Counted from the stretch's first letter, positions 28,902 to 38,141 are shown. The stretch: 64,000 bases of DNA from a virus (IMGVR_UViG_2687453321_000002:26420-90419), one strand, 5' to 3'. Numbers and translations are program-made. Notes: a model not told the origin generated them from the sequence alone.

Positions 28902-29123
28902 ATGAGCATGAAAAAATCAGAAGTCTTGGCCCATTTCGGTGGAACAAACGCCACAGGAAAGGCTTTGGGAGTATCAAAGAGCACCGTCAGCCTGTGGGGG
29001 GAGCTAATTCCATGGCAATACGCGTTGTTGATATCTGAAGTTACTGATAACGCGATCAGATTCAACCGCGAGGATTATCCAGAGAGATTCAGCAACGTGA
29101 GCAATGGCAGTAGTGATATTTGA
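28902..29123 (+). CDS. cro: Cro-like regulator
   Basis: V..HFGG....GKALGVSKSTVSLWG..IP. Confidence 0.85.
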   Translation: MSMKKSEVLAHFGGTNATGKALGVSKSTVSLWGELIPWQYALLISEVTDNAIRFNREDYPERFSNVSNGSSDI

Positions 29124-29192
29124 CTCTCATCGAACTGATACAGAAGTCTACTGCCTCGGCAAGATAACAGTAACTACCAAAGGAAAATCAAC

Positions 29193-29666
29193 ATGGTAGA
29201 ACCAAATTTGAAAGACGTAGTGAAGGGCATGTGCAAGGCAGTGGCTGGTGGTCGATCGGCGATGGCCGGCGCATTGGGCATGTCGGAGACGGCGTTCAAC
29301 AACAACCTCTACGAGAAGAACGGTTGCCGCTTCTTCGAGATCGGTGAACTGGAAGCGATGGAGGATATCTCGGGCACCAACCTGCTGACCGAATATTTCG
29401 CCCGGCGCCGGGGTTTGCTGGTGGTGGAGATCCCCGCTCTGGACGAATTGGACCAGGTGGAATTGTTCAGCAAAAGCATCCGCACCGCCGCACACCGTGG
29501 GCATGTGGATCAAATCATTCAGGAGTCGCTTGCAGATGGCGTCATTGATGAGAAAGAAGCTGCCGAGATCATGCGTTATCACCGCAAGCACCTGCAGGCG
29601 CGTGATGCAGAGGTTAGGGCGGTGCTGGCGCTGTTTGGCAAAAAGGCCAAGTGCCAGAAAGGGTAA
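29193..29666 (+). CDS. YmfL/CII-like regulatory protein
   Basis: GGRSAMAGALGM....FNNNLYEKNGCRFF. Confidence 0.8.
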   Translation: MVEPNLKDVVKGMCKAVAGGRSAMAGALGMSETAFNNNLYEKNGCRFFEIGELEAMEDISGTNLLTEYFARRRGLLVVEIPALDELDQVELFSKSIRTAAHRGHVDQIIQESLADGVIDEKEAAEIMRYHRKHLQARDAEVRAVLALFGKKAKCQKG

Positions 29667-29729
29667 CGCCCAGAGGTTGCAGCCCCTGGGCGTCAGTGCG
29701 AGTAAATCAGTGTGTGGAGAAATAATCGC

Positions 29730-29924
29730 ATGAGCAATTTAACCAGAAATTCTATGGTGCCGCAAATCCGCTGCCGTGCAATGACTGGCGGTAATTCTGC
29801 GTCGCCGTTCCGGTATGAGGTCAATGTACTGGGTCGGTGGATTGCCAGCAACTACCAGTTTGCCAGATGGGTGGTAGATGGCGGCGCCTGGTTGTCACGA
29901 CACAGCGAGGTGAAGCATGACTAA
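29730..29924 (+). CDS. Hypothetical protein
   Basis: GGAGA RBS; coupled to the next gene. Confidence 0.5.
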   Translation: MSNLTRNSMVPQIRCRAMTGGNSASPFRYEVNVLGRWIASNYQFARWVVDGGAWLSRHSEVKHD

Positions 29925-30738
29925 TCTACCAGCGACCGGGATCACTATGACCAGCCTGGAGCTGGTGGACTACATCAACGCTGAGCGTGAGTCGAAAGCG
30001 ATCGCCGCCGGCGCCTCGTTCCCGAGCAAGGGCCATACCCGTTTGCGCCACGCCGATTTTATGGCGAAGGCGCCGCGGGTATTGGGTGAAAACCACTCAA
30101 CGAAATTTTTCGCTCAGTACACCGACCCGACCGGGCGCGAGCTTCCATGTCTGCACTTACCCAAGCGCGAAGCCTGCCTGATGGCAATGAGCTACAGCTA
30201 CGAGATACAGGCGAAGGTGTTCGATCGCATGACGGCGCTGGAGCAGGCCAACGTACCGGCGCCACAACTGCCGGCGACCAAGACAGACCAGATCCAGGCC
30301 GGGTTGTTGATCGTGGAATCTGCTACCAAGCTGCTGAATCTCTCTCAGTCGTCACGCTTGGGGGCATTGCAGAAGCTGCAAGAGCTGGCTGGCCTGCCGG
30401 CGCTGATGCCGGTATACGCCATTGATGCGCCATCGGATGCCGTTGACGGCTCCAGCCGGCCGACAGCGGCGATCACCACTCTGTTGAAGCTGAACAGCAG
30501 CACGATGAGCACGCCGGTGGCCTATCGCATTCTGGAACGGCTTCGGATAGTCGAGCGTAAAAGCCGCCCAAGCCGGCGCCACGGTGAAAAGCACTTCTGG
30601 TCGATCACCGCCACTGGTCTGCGGTTCGGGAAAAACATCACCTCACCGAATAACCCGCGGGAAACCCAGCCCCATTTCTATGAATCGCGCTTCCCAGAGT
30701 TGCTGCAGCGCATCTACGACGAGTGGAGGCGCGGTTAA
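29917..30738 (+). CDS. Rha/antirepressor-like DNA-binding protein
   Basis: MTSLEL, LPKREACLMAMSYS, GKNITSP.NPRETQPH. Confidence 0.75.
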   Translation: MTNLPATGITMTSLELVDYINAERESKAIAAGASFPSKGHTRLRHADFMAKAPRVLGENHSTKFFAQYTDPTGRELPCLHLPKREACLMAMSYSYEIQAKVFDRMTALEQANVPAPQLPATKTDQIQAGLLIVESATKLLNLSQSSRLGALQKLQELAGLPALMPVYAIDAPSDAVDGSSRPTAAITTLLKLNSSTMSTPVAYRILERLRIVERKSRPSRRHGEKHFWSITATGLRFGKNITSPNNPRETQPHFYESRFPELLQRIYDEWRRG

Positions 30739-30917
30739 TGGCGGCTAATTACCCAGATATCGGCAGTCGCTGGCGTGATCAGCATGGTCACGTAGTCATC
30801 ATTGCCGCGCACGACATTGAAAATCAGAAAGTTGTTTACCAGCGCCCAGGCTACGAGTGGCATTGTGCTTGCCCTCTGATCATCTTCTGGGCCCGTTTTA
30901 CCAGGACTATTTTATGA
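30738..30917 (+). CDS. DUF4222-like small protein
   Basis: RWRD.HG, V.Y.R.GY...C..P...F..RF. Confidence 0.6.
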   Translation: MAANYPDIGSRWRDQHGHVVIIAAHDIENQKVVYQRPGYEWHCACPLIIFWARFTRTIL

Positions 30918-31927
30918 GTACGAAATTGACCGCATACGTGTGGGACGGTTGCGCGGCGGCGGGCATGAAACTGTCCATGGTAGCCATAATGGCGCGCCTG
31001 GCTGACTTTTCCTCGGATGAAGGCCTGTGCTGGCCGTCAGTGAAGACGATCGCCCGTCAGATTGGCGCCAGTGAAAGCACGGTGAGCGCGTCGCTGGCCA
31101 AACTGGAAAAAGACGGCTGGATCACCCGCCAACAGCGCCGGAAGGGCAACCGCAATACCTCAAGCATGACGCAGCTGAACGTTGAGATGCTTCGCGCTGC
31201 TGCAAATTCTCACCCTCCAGAATCTGAGGCATCAAAATCTGATGCATCAAAATTTGATACCTCAAAATCTGACCCGTCAAAATCCAGCAATACAGGGCGT
31301 TTTGACCCTCCAGAATCTGGATACGATCCGTCAGTAAATTCAAAACATGATCCATCAGATAAAAACACTTTTGGTCAACCGCCGGCGGCGGCCGACCAGG
31401 GGGATGTTGTTTCTGAAGAAATTCACATCACTGATCAGGCCATTCTGGTGCTGAAACACCTGAACCAACTGACGGGCGCCAAATACACCACTGCCAAATC
31501 CACCCTGCAGAACATCCGGGCCCGACTTGTGGACGGACACACGCTAGAGGAACTCAAGCTGGTGGTGGAATTCCTCGTCCAGCGTTGGCTGGGGACTGAA
31601 TACGCCAAGTACCTGAACCCGGAAGCGATGTTTAAGCCGGTCAAGTTCCCGGGCAACCTGCTGGCGGCTACAGCCTGGCATGACGGCGGGCGGAAGCCTG
31701 AGCAAGCCCGTTCGGTGCCGGTGGCCTGTGCAGAGCGTGACGCGGCCTATCGTCGTTTCATCGGTAACAGTCTGCCGCTTCAAAACCCGGGCGAGCTGGA
31801 GACGTTGGCGAGAACTGAGGCCAGCAAAGCCGGCGTGCGCACCATGCAGCCGAGTTACGCAGTGCCGGCATGGAACCGCATTTGGGCTGATTGTGCCCAG
31901 CGCCTGAACGGAGGGAAGGCCGCATGA
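30914..31927 (+). CDS. Replication initiator (HTH_36 N-terminus plus conserved phage C-terminal domain)
   Basis: MSTKLT.YVWD, LADFSSDEG.CWPS, YLNPE.MF...KF. Confidence 0.85.
   Translation: MSTKLTAYVWDGCAAAGMKLSMVAIMARLADFSSDEGLCWPSVKTIARQIGASESTVSASLAKLEKDGWITRQQRRKGNRNTSSMTQLNVEMLRAAANSHPPESEASKSDASKFDTSKSDPSKSSNTGRFDPPESGYDPSVNSKHDPSDKNTFGQPPAAADQGDVVSEEIHITDQAILVLKHLNQLTGAKYTTAKSTLQNIRARLVDGHTLEELKLVVEFLVQRWLGTEYAKYLNPEAMFKPVKFPGNLLAATAWHDGGRKPEQARSVPVACAERDAAYRRFIGNSLPLQNPGELETLARTEASKAGVRTMQPSYAVPAWNRIWADCAQRLNGGKAA
31213..31320 (+). repeat. 15-bp iteron-like repeats (TCAAAATCTGA core), putative replication origin
   Basis: Tandem repeats encoding SEASKSDASKFDTSKSDPSK inside the initiator gene. 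Confidence 0.65.
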
Positions 31928-32166
31928 AACCAGTAACCAAACAAATTTGTGGCGTTACCGTCTTCCCGCTGGTGGCTGTACTGCAGCAGCTCCGCCGGTG
32001 GTGGTCTATCCGAGGGCTGCGAATCCATTGGGCTGATGATCAGGATCTGCGGCGTATAGCCCGGGAACGCAACTGGGTGCGCGTACTGACCCAATTCAAC
32101 ATCGAGGCGCGTTATCGCTTTATCAAGCTGCTGGTCACTGCTGAACAGCAAAGGGGGATCCTGTGA
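31924..32166 (+). CDS. Hypothetical protein
   Basis: ATGA and GTGA coupling on both sides. Confidence 0.55.
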   Translation: MKPVTKQICGVTVFPLVAVLQQLRRWWSIRGLRIHWADDQDLRRIARERNWVRVLTQFNIEARYRFIKLLVTAEQQRGIL

Positions 32167-32702
32167 CCGTATATTCAAGCAATACGCCAGCAGAGCACAA
32201 AGACCGCTGGCAAACCCCGATCGAGATATTCAGCGCGCTTGATGTTGAGTTTGGTTTCTACCTGGACGCTGCAGCAGACCACGGCAACGCGCTGTGTGCT
32301 CGTTACCTAACAGAGCAGGATAACGCGCTGGCGGTGGATTGGGAGAGCTACGGCGCCATCTGGTGCAACCCGCCATACAGCGCCATAACGCCTTGGGTGG
32401 AAAAGGCCGCGGAACAATGCCGCGCGCAGAATCAGCCGATCGTGATGTTGCTGCCGGCAGACACCTCAACAGGTTGGTTTTCGTTGGCGCTGCAGTCCGT
32501 CGATGAAGTTCGCTTTATTACCGATGGGCGCCTGGCGTTTATTAATTCCGCCACAGGCAAGCCGGGGAAGAACGGCAACAGCAAAGGCAGTCTGTTGTTC
32601 ATCTGGCGGCCATTTATCAAGCCGCGGTGCCAGTTCACCACGGTATCCCGCGACGAGTTGATCGGGATCGGCGCCGGTGCTCTCCGCGAAGTGGCGGCAT
32701 AG
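32163..32702 (+). CDS. Phage N6-adenine DNA methyltransferase (phage Dam family)
   Basis: D.WQTP, F.LDAAA, WCNPPYS, LLPADTST.WF. Confidence 0.9.
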   Translation: MTVYSSNTPAEHKDRWQTPIEIFSALDVEFGFYLDAAADHGNALCARYLTEQDNALAVDWESYGAIWCNPPYSAITPWVEKAAEQCRAQNQPIVMLLPADTSTGWFSLALQSVDEVRFITDGRLAFINSATGKPGKNGNSKGSLLFIWRPFIKPRCQFTTVSRDELIGIGAGALREVAA

Positions 32703-32845
32703 GCAGGGGTGACATCATGAAAAATAAGCAATATAGTGATCCACGCGTATCCACTCTTGCAGGGGTAAGAGATGCGCAGGTTGGTCCCGTCTATTTGCAG
32801 ATAGCGGGGCGGGACCTGATAAAAATCAGTGTGGAGAATAAGAAC

Positions 32846-33583
32846 ATGAATCAGTTTGATCTGATTGGTGGCGCTTGCGCATACCAACCTACCGTTAGCC
32901 CATTCGAATTAGCCATGACCAGCCTGGAGATCGCCGAGCTGGTTGGTAGTCGTCACGACAAAGTCAAACAATCCATTGAGCGATTGGCAGAGCGTGGCGT
33001 GATAGCTTTACCCCCAATGGGGGAAAAGGTCACTGCAGGTCGCCCGGCGGCATACTACGTCTTTGAGGGAGAGCAAGGTAAGCGAGACAGCATCATTGCT
33101 GTTGCCCAGCTTTCGCCTGAGTTCACCGCCCGCCTGGTAGACCGCTGGCAAGAACTGGAGCGCAGCCGGCAGAGTCAGCCACTCACACAGCTTGAAATCC
33201 TTGCCCGCATGGCGACAGAGGCCGCAATCAACGAACGTAAGATGATGGCCCTGCAGCAGCAAGTGAACGGCGTAGAGCAGAAAATCGAGGAAATATCCTC
33301 TGGATCTATCCCCGCTGGCTGGGAAACCGTCCGCAACCTTTCGGCAAAATCTGGCATCTCGAACCAAAAGATCAGGGACCTGGTCGCCGCCTTTGCCGTA
33401 CCCAATAAAAAAGTCCCTTTCATGGCGCCTAATGGCATTTTGACGAACGTCACAGTTATCGAAGAATGTGAGTTTGACGGCGCCATGCGCACCCTGCTTG
33501 ACGAATCGACTCCGCCGAAGAAGGGGAAATATTGGCAGCACCCGGCGATAGGGCGCTTCGAAATCCGACGAGGCGCAGAGTGA
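32846..33583 (+). CDS. Rha-family regulator/antirepressor
   Basis: MTSLEIAELVGSRHDKVKQSIERL, LSPEFTARLVDRWQELE. Confidence 0.85.
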   Translation: MNQFDLIGGACAYQPTVSPFELAMTSLEIAELVGSRHDKVKQSIERLAERGVIALPPMGEKVTAGRPAAYYVFEGEQGKRDSIIAVAQLSPEFTARLVDRWQELERSRQSQPLTQLEILARMATEAAINERKMMALQQQVNGVEQKIEEISSGSIPAGWETVRNLSAKSGISNQKIRDLVAAFAVPNKKVPFMAPNGILTNVTVIEECEFDGAMRTLLDESTPPKKGKYWQHPAIGRFEIRRGAE

Positions 33584-34617
33584 GGCTGCTACTAACACCC
33601 TACCTGCAGCGTGATCTGGGCGTAGTGATACTGCGCCCCGGTCGTGAGCTGCTGCATTATTTCAGCAGCCAGCGCCGGTTGTTGATTGCCAACGAACCAG
33701 AAGAGCTAAAACCACTCCCATCGGGTTTGCTGCCGGCCGCCGATCAGGGGCTGGCCAATGATCCGCGTCTGTTGCCATTTTTCATGCATGAGCGAGTTAT
33801 TGGTGCCGCTGGTGGTGTTGCTGCGCTGCGTGAGTGGCTGAGCCGCGGCACCGAGTGCCAGTGGCCACATGGCGACGGTTATCACAATCACAACATGGAT
33901 ATTCTGGATTATGACGGCTTGCCAGTCCGTTTGTGCTGGCACCATGAACACCTGCTTCGGGAGCAAATCCACCCTACGCTGGACGCTTTGGCAAAGCAGA
34001 ATGTTGCGGATTGGCTGGTGTACCGGGCCCGCACGCACTTTCGGTTCAAAGAAGATCACCAGCTGAGCCTGCCGGAATTGTGCTGGTGGGCCGTGCTAAA
34101 TGGTGTTTCCGATCTGTTGCCTGATTCGGTGGCGCGCTCGGCATTGCGCCTTCCACCAGCACCAGACGAAACAGGTACGCGTAAAGAGTCGGATATCGTC
34201 TGGGAAAAGGAGCCGAAGGCGATAATCAACGAGCGCGTGGAGAAGGTTAAGCCGGCGTTACTCGTTGATGTGGACCCGGCTCCGCCGGCGGGCTTTATGC
34301 TGCGGCCAAAATTGACGCGCTGGGAATGCGAAAAGTACACCCAGTGGGTGAAGTCGCAGCCTTGCTGCTGTGGTTGTGGACTGCCGGCAGACGACCCGCA
34401 TCACATCATCGATCAGGGCCTGGGCGGCACTGGCACCAAGCCTCACGACATTTTCACCATTCCTCTGACCCGCAAATGCCATAACGAACTGCATGATGAT
34501 GTAGCGGCATGGGAGGCCAAACACGGCAGCCAGCTGTTCCACCTGGTGCGCACGCTGAATAAGGCATTCGGGATTGGGGCGATCACCACGGCAAACAAAC
34601 GCGGGGTAAAGGCATGA
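33580..34617 (+). CDS. DUF968 (YdfU-like) protein
   Basis: LSLPELCWWA, Y..WVK.QPC..CG..ADDPHH, PL.R.CH.ELH. Confidence 0.85.
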   Translation: MRLLLTPYLQRDLGVVILRPGRELLHYFSSQRRLLIANEPEELKPLPSGLLPAADQGLANDPRLLPFFMHERVIGAAGGVAALREWLSRGTECQWPHGDGYHNHNMDILDYDGLPVRLCWHHEHLLREQIHPTLDALAKQNVADWLVYRARTHFRFKEDHQLSLPELCWWAVLNGVSDLLPDSVARSALRLPPAPDETGTRKESDIVWEKEPKAIINERVEKVKPALLVDVDPAPPAGFMLRPKLTRWECEKYTQWVKSQPCCCGCGLPADDPHHIIDQGLGGTGTKPHDIFTIPLTRKCHNELHDDVAAWEAKHGSQLFHLVRTLNKAFGIGAITTANKRGVKA

Positions 34618-35435
34618 ATATTGAAACGGCATTGAAACACTTTAGCCCGAAAAGTTTGCATATCTCTGACACCTCCCGAGCTACTGCAAGTGAAGATTTA
34701 ACGGGCACTGACATTATGGCTGCGCTTGGAATGGTAGAGGCGAAAGCTGCATTTGGGATGGCGCTGTGCTTTGGTAAATATGGCGTCAGCAAAGAAGACC
34801 GGGATCGCTCGGTCGATATGCTAACGCAATTTGCCAGCCAAAATGCGCCCAGGGCGATAAAGCGAGCCGCCGGCGCCAAATTAGGCCGTTGTCTGCGCAT
34901 CATGGCTGCCATGGCCTACGGTGAATTTTGCCGGTCTGCGTTATCAGCAGAATCCTGCTCATGTTGCCAGGGCCGGGGACTGGTTCGCAAAACTGAGATA
35001 AATCGAAACGAGCTGGCGATCCTGTGGGAAGAAAATAAATTCAGAATTAAGAATGGGTTGTGGATGTTGAAGGAAAGCAGCCAACCACCAGCAAAGACGA
35101 TATGGGAAGATGTCACTATGGTGGTCTGTCCAGTATGTAGCGGTAAAGGCAAGGTTAGCGCTCGTTGCCGTTGCCAGGGGACCGGTACCGTTCTGGATAA
35201 AAAGGCGAGTGAACTTAAAGGTGTTCCGGTCATGAAGGAATGCCCAAAATGTAAGGGTAGGGGATTTAAACGGGTTCAACCGTCAGTCATACACCATGCG
35301 GTTAAAAAGCTTATCCCTGAACTGCCTGAGCGTACATGGCGTTATAGCTGGAAACCGTTTTACGAATCGCTGCTTACCAAATGCTACCAGGAAGAGAGCG
35401 AATTGGAGCGTATTTTCAGTAAGGTCACCCGGTGA
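34614..35435 (+). CDS. Q: Antitermination protein Q (lambda type)
   Basis: K.FSPKS..ISD...AT....LTGTD.MAA.GM, CxxCxGxG zinc motifs, W...WKPFYE.L. Confidence 0.9.
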   Translation: MNIETALKHFSPKSLHISDTSRATASEDLTGTDIMAALGMVEAKAAFGMALCFGKYGVSKEDRDRSVDMLTQFASQNAPRAIKRAAGAKLGRCLRIMAAMAYGEFCRSALSAESCSCCQGRGLVRKTEINRNELAILWEENKFRIKNGLWMLKESSQPPAKTIWEDVTMVVCPVCSGKGKVSARCRCQGTGTVLDKKASELKGVPVMKECPKCKGRGFKRVQPSVIHHAVKKLIPELPERTWRYSWKPFYESLLTKCYQEESELERIFSKVTR

Positions 35436-35447
35436 AAAACTGGCCGC

Positions 35448-35540
35448 TTGCAAAAGTTGCCGTTTTTTCCTAATATCAGACCTAACGATGGGGTTTGTAC
35501 GCCCGTTAAAGAAAAGTCCGCCACCGAGCGGGCTTTTTTT
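35448..35540 (+). promoter_or_regulatory. Late promoter PR' (TTGCAA-17-TAATAT) and tR'-like terminator (35512-35540)
   Basis: Directly after Q; followed by AACGATGGG as in the lambda PR' transcript; hairpin plus T7. Confidence 0.65.
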
Positions 35541-35610
35541 GTGCGCGAATGTAAAGATAACCATATGGTATTGTGTGGTTAATGGGGAATGTTTTAGAAT
35601 TCGCCACCTT

Positions 35611-35687
35611 GGCCCTTTAGCTCAGTTGGTTAGAGCGCACGACTCATAATCGTTCGGTCGCTGGTTCAAGTCCAGCAAGGGCCACCA
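35611..35687 (+). tRNA. tRNA-Ile2 (anticodon CAT, lysidine type; ileX/ileZ-like)
   Basis: GGCCCTT/AAGGGCC acceptor, D arm, CTCATAA loop, GCTGGTTCAAGTCCAGC T arm, CCA end. Confidence 0.88.
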
Positions 35688-35689
35688 AA

Positions 35690-35724
35690 CCGCCATTAGC
35701 TCAGCAGGAAGAGCAATGACACCA
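35690..35724 (+). pseudogene. 5' fragment of a second tRNA (argN-like)
   Basis: CCGCCATTAGCTCAGCAGGAAGAGC is an acceptor strand plus D arm; no anticodon or T arm follows. Confidence 0.6.
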
Positions 35725-35808
35725 TTTCAAATCGACCCGCCTAGTGCGGGTTTTGTCATTTCTGGAGCCTCGACTTTTGTCGGGGCTTTTCTGTTTCTGG
35801 AGTTTGCT

Positions 35809-36294
35809 ATGGCTGAAGAGGTCTGGAAAGATGCTTATGGATATGAAGAGTTTTTCTCTGTTAGCTCCAATGGGCGGATAATGAGCAAGCGAACGGGGAA
35901 ATTACTTCGGCAGTCTACAGGGCACAACGGATATAAATTACTTAGTACCAGGCTGGAAGGACGTGCCGGTAAGTCAATCTGTATACGCGTTCATCGGCTT
36001 GTGGCATCAACTTTTCTGCCTAACGTAAATGGTGCTCCTTGCGTAAACCATTTGGATGGCAATAAACAAAACAATCACGTCAATAACCTAGAATGGTGTG
36101 ACCATTCTCGAAATACGAAGCATGCATTCGAGCTTGGCTTGGTAAATCGTAGACCAACAACGCTGACCCTAAAACAACAGAAATTAGCAATTGAAATGAA
36201 ACAGAGTCATGGGTGCTCCAACCGACATATTGCTGGGATCATAGGTGTTGGGCCTGGCGTCATTCATCGGTTTGTGCGACGCGCTCAACTTTGA
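35809..36294 (+). CDS. NUMOD4-HNH endonuclease
   Basis: EVWKD..GYE....VS.NGRI, VHRLVA.TF, VNHLDGNK.NN...NLEW. Confidence 0.9.
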   Translation: MAEEVWKDAYGYEEFFSVSSNGRIMSKRTGKLLRQSTGHNGYKLLSTRLEGRAGKSICIRVHRLVASTFLPNVNGAPCVNHLDGNKQNNHVNNLEWCDHSRNTKHAFELGLVNRRPTTLTLKQQKLAIEMKQSHGCSNRHIAGIIGVGPGVIHRFVRRAQL

Positions 36295-36557
36295 CTTGTT
36301 GCTGATATGATATTTCGGTAATCTCCAGAAAATGCTTTTCAGCCTGCGATGAAGGGATCCCCGGAGTGGCTTGGAAGCGCCTCAGAAAGGCGCATTCAGT
36401 TTGATATGCACTATCGATCCCTACTTACCCTGGGTGTTCTGAGTGCGCCCCTCTGATGTGAAGTCTCCGCCGAGAAAGACTGCACCTATTTTTAATCTTG
36501 GCTAACCGCGATTTTATGAGGCTTGACTTTACTTGTCTGCCCATCTGAAAGTATTTT

Positions 36558-36683
36558 TGTTGCAGTGAATCCCACTAAGCGTCGGGGTGAAACAGCGGAA
36601 TTTCTAACCAGGAATTTGCTTGAAAGACCACGAGTCACGGTGGCTGACCAACGACTCACTGGGAGGCACCCAGCACTGCAACA
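36558..36683 (+). ncRNA. Candidate structured RNA (multibranch, 10-bp closing stem), followed by a terminator at 36691-36724
   Basis: TGTTGCAGTG/CACTGCAACA ends; inner GAGTC/GACTC and CTGGG-aggca-CCCAG stems. Confidence 0.55.
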
Positions 36684-36794
36684 CTGATTTAGGCCCTGGC
36701 TAATAGCCGGGGCTTTTGCGTTTTAGTAGAGCAGGTTTCAGCCGTTGGTAAGTAGGGCTGCACTCTTGCTTTGCTTGCTGTTTCATATTGAGTT

Positions 36795-36814
36795 ATTCTG
36801 TACATGTACAGAAT
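36795..36814. promoter_or_regulatory. Perfect 20-bp palindrome ATTCTGTACATGTACAGAAT, probable TA operator
   Basis: Two TGTACA hexamers directly upstream of the antitoxin RBS. Confidence 0.7.
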
Positions 36815-36823
36815 GAGGTGAAT

Positions 36824-37210
36824 ATGAAGACAGTAACTTATACCCAGATGCGTTCTGAATTATCGGATATTCTTGAGCTTTTGCGGGAAGGAAAAAGCAT
36901 AACGGTTACTCAAAGAGGTAAACCCGATATTGTGGTCCGCGGTTCATGCGAAGTGAACGAAGCTAACCCCACACTTGGCGCTATGTCGAAAATTCCGGAA
37001 TTCAGGGTTTCCCCAGAAATTTCTGAGGGGGTAAAAGAAATGAGCAAACAGCTAAACAACGTTTTGAACTCACCTGGTACCCGGGAGGCTATAGCCATGG
37101 CGGCTAAGATGGCATCAAGGCTTAATTCCCTTCCAGAGGAGTTTGCAAAGGCGCTCTCGCACACACAGAGCAAGCACGCTGAAATCATCAAGAAACTGGA
37201 AGATAAATAA
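36824..37210 (+). CDS. phd: Phd/YefM-family antitoxin
   Basis: MKTVTYTQMR..L...L.....G..ITVT.RGKP; C-terminal KH.EIIK.L.DK. Confidence 0.8.
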   Translation: MKTVTYTQMRSELSDILELLREGKSITVTQRGKPDIVVRGSCEVNEANPTLGAMSKIPEFRVSPEISEGVKEMSKQLNNVLNSPGTREAIAMAAKMASRLNSLPEEFAKALSHTQSKHAEIIKKLEDK

Positions 37211-37620
37211 TGGATGAAATCAGGTTTTTATCTGTTGATGAGGTGATCGCAATACAAAATTCGACACTTTCTAATAGCGGCAAGCCTGACAGTGGCAAGC
37301 TGGAGGGGGCCTTGTTCAGGATACAAACACTGAGAGATTACGAAGGATGCCAAGACATTTTTACTTTTGCAGCTATGTATATGGTCGCCATAGCAAAATC
37401 CCATGCTTTCAATGATGCAAATAAAAGAACGGCATTTCAGGCCGCTAGCGTATTTTTGTTGTTAAACGGCCATGAGCTGAATACCTCATTGGAGTTGGTC
37501 AAGCTCACTATATTTGCTGCAACCGGAGAGGCTGAACTTGGCGATGTTTCTTTCACATTAAAGATACTTTCTGATTATCGAAGTGATTTACTAGCAGACA
37601 CGGTTTCAACATATTCTTAG
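37210..37620 (+). CDS. doc: Doc/Fic-family toxin
   Basis: HAFNDANKRTA motif; TAATG coupling to the antitoxin. Confidence 0.9.
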   Translation: MDEIRFLSVDEVIAIQNSTLSNSGKPDSGKLEGALFRIQTLRDYEGCQDIFTFAAMYMVAIAKSHAFNDANKRTAFQAASVFLLLNGHELNTSLELVKLTIFAATGEAELGDVSFTLKILSDYRSDLLADTVSTYS

Positions 37621-37747
37621 AATCCTTCTTGGTTGCGTGATAAATCTCAAAGTACCACTGGCGCCTGAAGAGAAAAATTAACAGGAAAATCATTACAGGG
37701 CTGCACTTCGGTGTGGCCTTTTTTATGGAAAAGGAAAAGGAAAATCA

Positions 37748-37975
37748 ATGCTCAAAAAAAACAAGAAGCTGTTGGTCAACGTTCCGCTGCTGGTAGCCAC
37801 GACAGGTATGAGTGCTTGCGCGGCGGTATCTCTTACTCATGCTAATGGTTCTGCCGGTGAAAGCATTACGCATGCTGATGTTCAACCAAGCAATACGGTA
37901 GTACTGACTTACCCCGGTGGGGGGGCATGCATTGATACGCATCCTGACGCGGGTACCAGCTGTACAGGGCAATGA
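37748..37975 (+). CDS. Small putative lipoprotein
   Basis: Basic N-terminus, hydrophobic stretch, MSAC lipobox-like site; strong RBS. Confidence 0.5.
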   Translation: MLKKNKKLLVNVPLLVATTGMSACAAVSLTHANGSAGESITHADVQPSNTVVLTYPGGGACIDTHPDAGTSCTGQ

Positions 37976-37976
37976 G

Positions 37977-38141
37977 ATGCGCAGCTATCAACAAATCGCC
38001 ATTGTGCTACTTGCGCTTTTGTCGAGTGGTTGCGTCTATCAGCGTTATGTTGGTGTAAAGGTAAGTTCAACCGAGTCAGTCAGCATAACTCGATTATGGG
38101 TCAATGGTGAGGAAGTGATGCTGTACAGGGTTGGAGAGTAA
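37977..38141 (+). CDS. Small putative lipoprotein
   Basis: IAIVLLALLSSGC signal and lipobox. Confidence 0.55.
   Translation: MRSYQQIAIVLLALLSSGCVYQRYVGVKVSSTESVSITRLWVNGEEVMLYRVGE

Noticed and set aside
28822-28977. Long N-terminus of cI in the ORF track
   Set aside because: Overlaps the operators and cro; start at 28821 or slightly downstream is more plausible
35611-35687. tRNA-Met call
   Set aside because: Body sequence matches the ileX-type tRNA-Ile2 as I recall it
35690-36500. Group I intron with HNH splitting the second tRNA
   Set aside because: No 3' tRNA half (T arm, TGGCGG acceptor strand) found after the HNH gene, and a terminator lies between
36300-36720. Retron msr-msd
   Set aside because: No reverse transcriptase in the window
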